From IMG/VR virus record IMGVR_UViG_3300045988_106278, positions 1 to 64,000 of that record: a stretch of DNA of 64,000 nucleotides, one strand, 5' to 3'. Shown here piece after piece: positions 55,922 through 64,000 of the stretch. Both the position numbers and the translations under genes were made by a program. The first letter of the stretch is position 1. Every line of letters starts with the position of its first letter. The stretch comes from a virus. The notes under the pieces are model-generated. The model was given only the letters and a program-made list of their open reading frames with translations. It made no database searches and was not told the origin of the DNA.

Positions 55922-56151
55922 CTAATGAAATTACTAAAGATAACAAGACACTACTTATCTGCTATAAAAATTCATATCCCTGTGGGCAAATATTATACAA
56001 CGGGAGTAAGTGGATATATATTACTAGTGTAGATATAAATAAAGTTAATTATGCGGAAGATACTCCTCATAATTTAGTACAAAAATTATTAGATAAAGAA
56101 ATTATTGATAACATAATGTTTTTCACATACAATGGAGAGAATGCCAACTGA
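55915..56151 (+). CDS. Small hypothetical protein (78 aa), paralog C
   Basis: More distantly related to the 54758 and 55024 proteins (LLICYKNSYPCGQILY). Confidence 0.4.
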   Translation: MVTNEITKDNKTLLICYKNSYPCGQILYNGSKWIYITSVDINKVNYAEDTPHNLVQKLLDKEIIDNIMFFTYNGENAN

Positions 56152-56926
56152 ATTTACTTTAGAAGAAGTATTAAAAGGAAAAGCTACTAGTATTAAAGGT
56201 AAAGATTATCTTCCTACTAGAGGATATATTGAGCCTTTTCTGGAAAGAGTTCAAAAATTAACTTCTGATATTAGAGTACATGTAAAATTACCTGATCAAA
56301 TCACTTATAATAAAAATGGTGATATAGATACTGCTGATTTAACTTTTAATAGAGTATGGTTGGAAGCAGTATTACCAAATGAATATCAATATGCTAATCA
56401 TCAGCAGGTAATTGGTATGGTATATGGTCTAGACACTAGAAAAGCTGTTGTAAAAATGTATTCAGGTGCTCTGAATTCTGCATGTACGAATCTTTGTGTA
56501 TTTAATCCAGATAGTTTAGTAGTTAATGAAATAGAACCAGAGACTCCTATTGACTTTAAGCCAATTACAAGACTTGTAGAGCAAACTACAGAGATAGGAG
56601 TTACTCTCAGACGTTTTGCAGATACAGATTTTGACTATACTAATAAAAGTTTTGTAAATGAGCATTTAGGTAGATGGGTTCGTAACTGTATGTCAGAATC
56701 TATTGATAATGGTTTTGGTAAAGTAAAATTAGCCACATCAACTCCTATTGATGCTTATAAATTATTATTTGATAAAAAAGATAGTCCATATCTTATATCA
56801 GATGATAACGCAAATATGTTTACTGTATATAATGCATTCACTCAAATTATAACTGATTCTATGAAAAAGGATATTATGAATCAGGTTGAGAAAACTTTAC
56901 TAGTAAACAGCATTTTAACTTTGTAA
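56132..56926 (+). CDS. Hypothetical protein (264 aa)
   Basis: ORF track. Confidence 0.55.
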   Translation: MERMPTEFTLEEVLKGKATSIKGKDYLPTRGYIEPFLERVQKLTSDIRVHVKLPDQITYNKNGDIDTADLTFNRVWLEAVLPNEYQYANHQQVIGMVYGLDTRKAVVKMYSGALNSACTNLCVFNPDSLVVNEIEPETPIDFKPITRLVEQTTEIGVTLRRFADTDFDYTNKSFVNEHLGRWVRNCMSESIDNGFGKVKLATSTPIDAYKLLFDKKDSPYLISDDNANMFTVYNAFTQIITDSMKKDIMNQVEKTLLVNSILTL

Positions 56927-57023
56927 ATAATATTTTGAAATAACTATATAAGCACTATATTATTAGTTCAGTACTAGTATTATAGTGCTTATTTCGTAGA
57001 TGATTTAAAATGTTAATTTATAA

Positions 57024-60000
57024 ATGTTATTTATGGTAATAAAGAGAGACGGAATTAAAGAAGAGTTTAACAGAAACAAAATTAGAGATGCTGTACTAAA
57101 GGCTTTTGGAATTACCCAAAATTCTAGTAAAACAATGGACGAAGATATTTACAGAGCAGTTACTGAGATAACTAATTCTGTAGTAGAGACTGAAGATCAA
57201 TCTATTGAGGATATTCAAGACCAAATTGAGGAACTCCTAATGGATTTAGGGTATCATGACGTAGCTAAAAAATATATTCTATATCGTAAAGAACGTGAAG
57301 ATATTAGAAATCATGCTACTAGGGATATTAAATTTATTCATAATTTTGTAAAGTCTGATAATACTGCTAATGCTACTATTGATGATAATAGTAATGTTGG
57401 AACTAAAGGTATTGGAGTATTAAACGCTGAAATACATAAAGTCGATAATAAACTTACTAATACAGAATGGTGGGAAAGTTTTGTAAAGAAGAGAGACCCT
57501 AACTTTAATATAAAAGTTATGAGGAATGACTTTAAAACTATTTTGTATCCTCATGACTCATCTTCTCAAGTAGGGGAACCATATTGTATGGCAACTTCTA
57601 TGTATCCTTTCTTGTTGTTTGGATTAGAGAAATTAGGAGGTAAATCAGCTGTTCCAAAGAACCTTGATTCATTCTGTGGTATTTATGTAAATTTAAACTT
57701 TGCATTAGCCTCTGAAATTAAAGGAGCAGTAGCTACTCCTGAGTTTCTGATGTATATGGATTATTTCTGTAGAAAAGAATGGGGAAATAATTATTATCTC
57801 AAACCAAGTGTAAAAATAACTACAGATTATTGTATAAAACAGAAAACTATTGGCAGTCAAATTGATCAATATTTCCAACAGGTAACTTATTCAATTAATC
57901 AAATAGCAGGATCTAGAGGAATGCAGTCTCCATTTACAAATTTTTCATTCTTTGATAAATATTTCTTTGAAGGTATGTTTGGAGAATTTGTATTTCCAGA
58001 TGGAACAAAGCCAGAATGGAATTCTACTAATTGGTTACAAAGACGTTATTTACATTGGTTAAATCAAGAAAGATTAAAATGTATTTTAACATTTCCTGTA
58101 TGTAGTTATGCCTGCTTAACAGATAAGGAAGGGAATTTTAAAGATTTAGATACTTTCCATTTTATATGCAGTGAATATGCTCAAGGAAATTCTTTCTTTA
58201 CTTATCTGTCTCGTAGTGTAGATAGTTTAAGTTCATGTTGCTTTTCTAAAGATACTAAGTTTTTATGGAAATCTAGCACTTCTGGAGTACATCTAACTAC
58301 CTTTGAAGAATTTAAAAATCTTCCATATAAAAATATGAAAGAGAATTTTAAAGTATTTCACAATGGCTCTTGGGTAGCTGGCAAAGTTATAGATTTACCT
58401 AATCGTCCTATGTATAAAGTTACCACTTATAATAATAAAGAGTTTATTATGACTGATAATCATATAAATGTAACTTTACAAGGAGAAAAACCAACAGAAC
58501 AGTTAACTATTAATGATTACTTATTATTCAATACTTCTAAGTTAAGTGCTATTCCAGATAATAATGAACATTTAACTTACGCCCAAGGTTATGTAATTGG
58601 ATCATTTTTAGGTGATGGCTCTTTTAGTTCTGAAATAAATGGAGTTATCTATGATATTAATTTATCCCAAAATGAACAAAAATATAAACGTTCTAAATTT
58701 TATTGGAATCTCGCATTAAAACAAATGGGATATGAACCTAACGTGGTTTTAAAAGAAGTAGTAAATAATGTTTATCCATTAAGAGTATCTAATAAAAATT
58801 TAGTTGCTTTTATTCAAAAATGGACTAATTGGTATAGAGGAACTTATGCTTATAATAAGAAATTAAACATGAATTGTCTTCTTCAATCTGTAAAATTTAG
58901 AGAAGGTATACTACAAGGATGGTATGATACTGATGGGGGAAATTCTAACAGATGCTACACGACTTCTCCTGAATTAGCAGAAAATATGGAAGCCTTAATA
59001 ACTTCTTTAGGAATGCAAAGCATTATTAATATATCAGATAGAACAGATGAAGAAGTTATAATACGCGGGGAACATTATAAAAGAAATTACCCATTATATT
59101 GTGTAAGATGGTATGAAGATGCAAATCATAGAGCTAATAAAGACGAGGAACATAGTTGGATAAAATATAATAATGGAATATACTTTAAAATAAAATCTAT
59201 CGAACCATATGATTACAATGATAGAGTATATTGTATAGAATGTAAAAATGCTTCTGAACCATATTTTACATTACCAAGTGGATTAATTACTCATAATTGT
59301 CGTCTTCAAAATGCCGTACAAGAAAATACATTTAATACTACTAATGGTCAAATAGGTATAATGACTGGTAGTAAAAATGTTATTACTCTTGATTTAAATA
59401 GAATTATTCAAGATTGGCAGCATACTTGGTCTGATTATAAAGACCATATTGATGTTGATACCAATAAATGTTGTTTCCCAGTAGATTGGATTACACATAA
59501 AGACTTCCAAGAAGGAATTAAGAAATATATAGAAAATATTCTTGAAAGAGTTTATTTGTATCAGTATGCTTATAACGACTTAATGCATTGGTGCAAAGAT
59601 CATCATTTATATGCTGCTTATGATGCTGGTTTTATTAATCTTGATAAACAGTATTTAACTATTGGAATTAATGGCTTAAATCAGGCTGCTGAATACTTAG
59701 GAATGGAATGTAATAATAATATTTATTATAAGACATTCTGTAGATTAATATTCAGTACTATAAAAGAACAGAATAAGAAACATAAAACTAAAACAGCTCA
59801 ATTTAATACTGAACAAGTACCCGCAGAAAGTGCTTCAGTAAAACTTTATAATAGAGATAAAGCTGATGGCTATTGGATTCCTACAGATACTAATCTGTAT
59901 GCTAGTTATATATTTAAACCTAATGATACACATATAAGTATACTTGATAAAATTATACTTCATAGTTCTGAATTCGCTGCTGATGAATTAGATGGAGGTT

Positions 60001-60311
60001 CTGCTTGTCATCTTAATTTATCTGAACATTTGAGTCAGAAACAATATGAGTATTTACTTAAATTTATGGCTAAAGTAGGTTGTAAATATGCTACTTTTAA
60101 TATTCCTAATTGTGAATGTGAAGAGTGTCATTTTATAGCAAAACAACCGTTTAGTAAATGTCCTAAATGTGGTAGTACTCATGTAAGTCTATGGGATAGA
60201 ATTATCGGCTATCTTACAAAGATTTCTAACTGGAGTGCTGCTAGACAACTAGAAGGTAGTACTAGAAGTAGAAAGAATGAATTAGAAATTAATATAGAAT
60301 TAGCACAATGA
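57024..60311 (+). CDS. nrdD: Anaerobic ribonucleoside-triphosphate reductase NrdD (class III) containing a LAGLIDADG intein
   Basis: N-terminal ATP cone (VIKRDGIKEEFNRNKIRDAV). C-terminal Zn ribbon CECEECHF...CPKCGS and glycyl-radical region DRIIGYL. The 1095-aa length is explained by an internal intein of about 353 aa. Confidence 0.75.
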   Translation: MLFMVIKRDGIKEEFNRNKIRDAVLKAFGITQNSSKTMDEDIYRAVTEITNSVVETEDQSIEDIQDQIEELLMDLGYHDVAKKYILYRKEREDIRNHATRDIKFIHNFVKSDNTANATIDDNSNVGTKGIGVLNAEIHKVDNKLTNTEWWESFVKKRDPNFNIKVMRNDFKTILYPHDSSSQVGEPYCMATSMYPFLLFGLEKLGGKSAVPKNLDSFCGIYVNLNFALASEIKGAVATPEFLMYMDYFCRKEWGNNYYLKPSVKITTDYCIKQKTIGSQIDQYFQQVTYSINQIAGSRGMQSPFTNFSFFDKYFFEGMFGEFVFPDGTKPEWNSTNWLQRRYLHWLNQERLKCILTFPVCSYACLTDKEGNFKDLDTFHFICSEYAQGNSFFTYLSRSVDSLSSCCFSKDTKFLWKSSTSGVHLTTFEEFKNLPYKNMKENFKVFHNGSWVAGKVIDLPNRPMYKVTTYNNKEFIMTDNHINVTLQGEKPTEQLTINDYLLFNTSKLSAIPDNNEHLTYAQGYVIGSFLGDGSFSSEINGVIYDINLSQNEQKYKRSKFYWNLALKQMGYEPNVVLKEVVNNVYPLRVSNKNLVAFIQKWTNWYRGTYAYNKKLNMNCLLQSVKFREGILQGWYDTDGGNSNRCYTTSPELAENMEALITSLGMQSIINISDRTDEEVIIRGEHYKRNYPLYCVRWYEDANHRANKDEEHSWIKYNNGIYFKIKSIEPYDYNDRVYCIECKNASEPYFTLPSGLITHNCRLQNAVQENTFNTTNGQIGIMTGSKNVITLDLNRIIQDWQHTWSDYKDHIDVDTNKCCFPVDWITHKDFQEGIKKYIENILERVYLYQYAYNDLMHWCKDHHLYAAYDAGFINLDKQYLTIGINGLNQAAEYLGMECNNNIYYKTFCRLIFSTIKEQNKKHKTKTAQFNTEQVPAESASVKLYNRDKADGYWIPTDTNLYASYIFKPNDTHISILDKIILHSSEFAADELDGGSACHLNLSEHLSQKQYEYLLKFMAKVGCKYATFNIPNCECEECHFIAKQPFSKCPKCGSTHVSLWDRIIGYLTKISNWSAARQLEGSTRSRKNELEINIELAQ
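58236..59297 (+). mobile_element. Intein with LAGLIDADG homing-endonuclease domain inside nrdD
   Basis: Begins ...SLSSC|CFSKDTKF (Cys1) and ends GLITHN|C (His-Asn plus the +1 Cys). Two LAGLIDADG motifs, YVIGSFLGDGSF and ILQGWYDTDGG. The start is ambiguous by one codon because of the CC dipeptide. Confidence 0.65.
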
Positions 60312-60571
60312 AAAGAATATTAAAATTTGAAGCAGAGTGGTGTGGACAATGTAAAGCTTTAGCACCTATTTTAAAAAGAGTATTAGAAAATCATACTGAT
60401 ATTACTTTAACTACAGTAGATATAGAGACAGAGGAAGAAACTACTCTTAAATATAATATTAGAAATCTTCCAACTCTTGTATTTATAAAAGATAATATAG
60501 AGGTAGGAAGAACTTCTGGAGTTTTAACTGCCGATATGATTGAGAATAAAATTAAAGAGCTCTATGCTTAA
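60308..60571 (+). CDS. trx: Thioredoxin
   Basis: Active-site motif WCGQCK (compare WCGPC) in an 87-aa protein next to nrdD and nrdG. Confidence 0.7.
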   Translation: MKRILKFEAEWCGQCKALAPILKRVLENHTDITLTTVDIETEEETTLKYNIRNLPTLVFIKDNIEVGRTSGVLTADMIENKIKELYA

Positions 60572-61040
60572 ATATGTTGATACAGCTGTTACTTTTGCAG
60601 AATTTCCTAATGAAGTTTCTCTATGTATTAACATCAGTAACTGCAATTGTTTCTGCGATGGTTGCCACTCACCTTATTTGTCAAAAGATATTGGAGAAGT
60701 GCTATCATTGGAACGACTCCAAGGATTAATTGAATCTAATAAAGGAATTACATTAATAGGATTTATGGGAGGAGATTCTGATCCAAAAGAAATAAATAAA
60801 TTAGCTAAATGGGTTAGAGAAAATTATCCCGAATTACATATTGGATGGTATAGTGGTAAACAAGAATTAGCTGATAGTGTTATAGATATTGATAATTTTG
60901 ATTATCTTAAACTTGGTCCTTATATGAAACAATTTGGACCATTAAATAATCCGAATACTAATCAAAAATTTTATAAGATAGATAGAAATGCCCATATAAT
61001 GATATGGTGTACGAATATATTTTGGAAGGAGGCTGAATAA
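60540..61040 (+). CDS. nrdG: Anaerobic ribonucleotide reductase activating protein NrdG (radical SAM)
   Basis: Cys cluster CNCFCDGC (CX3CX2C). The true start is probably the internal MLKYVDT. Overlaps the trx gene end. Confidence 0.6.
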   Translation: MRIKLKSSMLKYVDTAVTFAEFPNEVSLCINISNCNCFCDGCHSPYLSKDIGEVLSLERLQGLIESNKGITLIGFMGGDSDPKEINKLAKWVRENYPELHIGWYSGKQELADSVIDIDNFDYLKLGPYMKQFGPLNNPNTNQKFYKIDRNAHIMIWCTNIFWKEAE

Positions 61041-61053
61041 GCCTCCTTTTTTA
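61027..61053 (+). terminator. Rho-independent terminator
   Basis: aggaggct gaataa gcctcct ttttt, overlapping the nrdG stop codon. Confidence 0.7.
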
Positions 61054-61216
61054 GTTTTTATGGAGTGTGCAATTTTAAATTACGGTGTAGGAAGTGTTGA
61101 CTTAGTAACAGTTCCAGATGATATTAATGATGTAGAAGTTTATTTATGTGATGTTCTTGGTTACAGAGAAGATGAAATAGAATTTATGATTAAAGAGAGT
61201 AAAATTAATGTAGAAG

Positions 61217-61612
61217 ATGATAGAGACTAAACGAATAAATAATTTAGAATTTAAGGTCGCTACCTATCTTTTAAAAAATCCTCCTGAAATTAAAGCCTAC
61301 CATATAAATAGATATATGCCTAATTGTTATTATGGTCATGAGTCTGATTTTATAAAAATAGATAATGATTGGTATAGAGACCCAAACTTTTCCTGGCATA
61401 AAATACATAAAAGCTGCTTTAAAAATTCTGAAACTTGTTATGCTATAGCAAGTTTTGAGTATAACAAACATGAAGGAGTTTATGAATTTATGTGGGTAGG
61501 TGAAAGACCTTTAGATTTAACAGAACAAGAAGAAAAAGATTTTAAAGAATTAATTATTTATGGTTTTAATAAGTTAAATCATGGAAGTGACGAAGGTGAG
61601 TTAGATTACTGA
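61217..61612 (+). CDS. Hypothetical protein (131 aa)
   Basis: ORF track. Confidence 0.5.
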   Translation: MIETKRINNLEFKVATYLLKNPPEIKAYHINRYMPNCYYGHESDFIKIDNDWYRDPNFSWHKIHKSCFKNSETCYAIASFEYNKHEGVYEFMWVGERPLDLTEQEEKDFKELIIYGFNKLNHGSDEGELDY

Positions 61613-61948
61613 TGATCTTAAGAAATACACATATGGAGGCAAAGATTCCGACTATATAACTCTTACGGAATGGGCTAATGGAGAAGGATATGATATTGAT
61701 ATTAATGGTAAATTAATATCTTTATCTAATGATGAACTAGAAGCCATTAACTATTTAACACTAGTAATGCGCTTCGAAAACAAAAATAATGGATGACATA
61801 ATTGTGTTAGATTATTCCAATGGTAAAGTTTATATTTATACCTTACCTAGATTACAAATGTATGATAGTGAGATAGAAGATTGGTTAGATTCTATGAGTT
61901 TTGATCTAAGCAATATAAACTGGATGGTTAATAAAAATATCACGATTA

Positions 61949-62389
61949 ATGATGAAAGAAAATAAGACAGAATTAGAACAGAATATTGACGAGATTATTG
62001 AAAGCTCTAGAAAAATTTCTAATATTTTTACTTTGGAAACTGCTAGATTGATTAAGGCTGCACTAGTTAATAATAAGCACTCTGAAAAGCCTGTTTCCGA
62101 ATTAGAAGTTCTTCAGAAAATGGCTAAAGAGCGTGAAAAGTCTATAGTTCTCTACACAAATGCAGGTCGTCAGGACTTAGCTCGTTTAGAGTCTAAAGAA
62201 CTTGATTGTATTAAAGAGATGATGCCTAAAGAACCTTCAGAGAAGGAGATTGAAGAACTTATTGCTGAATTAATGGAAGCAACAACTCTTACTATTAAAG
62301 ATACTAAAGGTGTTATTGCAGATGTTCAAAGTAGATTCCCTACTGCTCAGAAGAGTACTATTGTTAAAATATTTAAATCTTTACTGTAA
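61949..62389 (+). CDS. GatB/YqeY domain protein
   Basis: TARLIKAAL...VLYTNAGRQDLARLESKELDCIKEMMP...EIEELIAEL...DTKGVIADVQSRFPT matches the YqeY-family pattern. Confidence 0.55.
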   Translation: MMKENKTELEQNIDEIIESSRKISNIFTLETARLIKAALVNNKHSEKPVSELEVLQKMAKEREKSIVLYTNAGRQDLARLESKELDCIKEMMPKEPSEKEIEELIAELMEATTLTIKDTKGVIADVQSRFPTAQKSTIVKIFKSLL

Positions 62390-62703
62390 TGAAGTTATAC
62401 GGAAAATTAGATGAAGAGGCTATTACTGACATATCTTGTAATTTGAAAGCTTTTGAAGAGTATGATGATGTTTATTATACTACTAAAGAAGCTGTATCAA
62501 TGTATGATGTTTACGTACCTTTTGAAGAAAACTTAGATGCAGATTGGCTTCCTTATAATTGTACTATCGTAGAATATGATATATTTTTCAAAGATGGTGA
62601 ATACTATTATGAAGGAGAGGAGCCTGATGATTCAGTAAGAGGCGAACGAACATTTGAATATAAAGAAGGTAAGTTAGTAAAACAAGAGTTTAAGCCATAT
62701 TAA
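62389..62703 (+). CDS. Hypothetical acidic protein (104 aa)
   Basis: ORF track. Confidence 0.45.
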   Translation: MKLYGKLDEEAITDISCNLKAFEEYDDVYYTTKEAVSMYDVYVPFEENLDADWLPYNCTIVEYDIFFKDGEYYYEGEEPDDSVRGERTFEYKEGKLVKQEFKPY

Positions 62704-62704
62704 T

Positions 62705-63034
62705 ATGTATTTTATATATCAAAAACAAATAAATGTAGCTAGTGAATATAGCTATAATGTAGATTCTATAATTGAATGGTTTAAAGATTATATCGATCAA
62801 GATGATATTATAGAGGCATATGGAGGAGTAGAAGAAGTTACTGCTAAAGATATAGTAGACGATATTTTCTGTGAATCCGATTCTTGGTATGATGCTTTTA
62901 TACAAAATTTTGATATAGAATCAGATGTTATAGAGAATATGTATCCTGAAGATATTGCTGAACAGCTAAAAGAAATAGTAGGAGATAAATTAATAGATTA
63001 CTATACTAAGCGTTTAAAAGAACTTCAAAAATGA
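62705..63034 (+). CDS. Hypothetical acidic protein (109 aa)
   Basis: ORF track. Confidence 0.45.
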   Translation: MYFIYQKQINVASEYSYNVDSIIEWFKDYIDQDDIIEAYGGVEEVTAKDIVDDIFCESDSWYDAFIQNFDIESDVIENMYPEDIAEQLKEIVGDKLIDYYTKRLKELQK

Positions 63035-63318
63035 TAAATTTAATATGGAGTGAAATTCGACAAGTATCTGTTGAAGAAGATACCCTTTACTCAGCTTTAC
63101 TTTACATATATCGTACCTATATAGGAAGTGAAGACGATAGCATAGACGAGATTATTGAAGGCATTCAAGACAATATAGAAAATTACATAGAGGAATTAAT
63201 TAAAGAAGCTTCTCCCTATAATTATTCTAATGGTGATATAGATGCTGAAGATATTACAGAGTTAGTTACCGAAGATGAGTTCTTAGAAAAATTTAAAGAG
63301 TGGTATTTGAATGACTAA
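63031..63318 (+). CDS. Hypothetical acidic protein (95 aa)
   Basis: ORF track. Confidence 0.45.
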   Translation: MINLIWSEIRQVSVEEDTLYSALLYIYRTYIGSEDDSIDEIIEGIQDNIENYIEELIKEASPYNYSNGDIDAEDITELVTEDEFLEKFKEWYLND

Positions 63319-64000
63319 AATACTAGTAATCCCGGATGTGCATGGTCGTGGTTTTTGGAAAGAACCATGCAATAATTGGACAGGTAAAATTATATTCTTA
63401 GGAGATTATCACGATCCTTATGGAGAATATATAATAGGAGAGCCTGATAAAGTAGAATCTTTAACTAATCTTAAAGAATTAGTTGCTTTTGTAGAGAATA
63501 GACGTAAGATCTCTGATGTTATATGCCTATTAGGTAATCATGAGCTTCCATATTTCAATGGAAATGGTAAATGTAGATTTGATTACTGGCAACAAAAAGA
63601 AGTAAAGGAGCTAATTAGTAGTTTAAATCCTCAATTATATTACATATATGAAGATTTAACTCTTAAAGAGCCTCATAAATACTTATTCTCCCATGCAGGT
63701 ATTACTAAAGACTGGTTAGATTATAATAATCTAGAATTAAAAGACTTAGATAGTATAGATATAACTAATCTTAGTCCATTAGACCAAATTCCTTATTCTA
63801 GAAGTGGATACAATAAATATGGCTCTTGTGTCTGGAATGATTTAGAAGATTTTCAACTGCAAACTCCATATAAAGGTTATTATCAAATATTTGGACACTC
63901 TTGGGGAGGTAGAACTGAACCTGTAATCACAGATAAATATGCGATGCTAGATTGTTGTAAACCATTTGTGTTAGATACTGAAAATAATGAATTAAAAGAA
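63311..64000 (+). CDS. Ser/Thr protein phosphatase (calcineurin-like/lambda-PPase-like), 3'-truncated at the window end
   Basis: ATG 63311, then IPDVHGR (DxH), FLGDYHDP (GDxxD), LLGNHE (GNH). The ORF runs off the window end. Confidence 0.6.
   Translation, partial: MTKILVIPDVHGRGFWKEPCNNWTGKIIFLGDYHDPYGEYIIGEPDKVESLTNLKELVAFVENRRKISDVICLLGNHELPYFNGNGKCRFDYWQQKEVKELISSLNPQLYYIYEDLTLKEPHKYLFSHAGITKDWLDYNNLELKDLDSIDITNLSPLDQIPYSRSGYNKYGSCVWNDLEDFQLQTPYKGYYQIFGHSWGGRTEPVITDKYAMLDCCKPFVLDTENNELKE

Overview
This 64 kb window is an AT-rich phage genome fragment with almost all genes on the + strand. The combination of in-frame TAG codons in late genes, an amber suppressor tRNA and large tRNA arrays points to a crAss-like phage of a Bacteroidota host; the taxon is inferred, not demonstrated. 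Positions 10-42 are residual Nextera adapter, so 43 is a contig end. The first 3.5 kb holds five + strand genes, one a holin-like membrane protein, that are interrupted by in-frame TAG codons yet terminate at TAA or TGA, which indicates amber (TAG) reassignment. A tRNA with anticodon CUA lies on the opposite strand at 4102-4173, inside a small minus-strand cassette. Two tRNA arrays follow (10.8-14.4 kb and 30.1-31.7 kb), 18 genes with the suppressor: 11 fold canonically. Several others are non-canonical, and one looks like a tRNA-Leu(UAA) split by a ~580-nt group I-type intron at the classic U34/A35 site. The best candidate for an undescribed system is a NAD+ reconstitution cluster at 34.5-38.6 kb. 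It has a NAMPT/Namat gene split in two by an overlapping HNH homing-endonuclease gene that itself carries two in-frame TAG codons, followed by a macro-domain gene and a PRPP-synthetase-like (Adps/Prs) gene. Other mobile or selfish elements are an ORF-less ~307-nt intron-like insertion splitting an AAA+ ATPase gene between Walker A and Walker B, and a LAGLIDADG intein inside the anaerobic ribonucleotide reductase NrdD. Three relatively GC-rich genes each sit in front of a strong terminator: one is a flotillin/SPFH protein, and a 677-aa unknown protein follows it. There is a replication module (SF2 helicase, DnaB-like helicase, P-loop ATPase, toprim primase), a nucleotide-metabolism set (NrdD, NrdG, thioredoxin, HAD nucleotidase, RNase H), a six-member 'MCW' paralog family, a recurring hairpin motif next to tRNAs, and several ORF-less structured regions. 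Every call is hand-folded or read by eye from the sequence; no searches were run.
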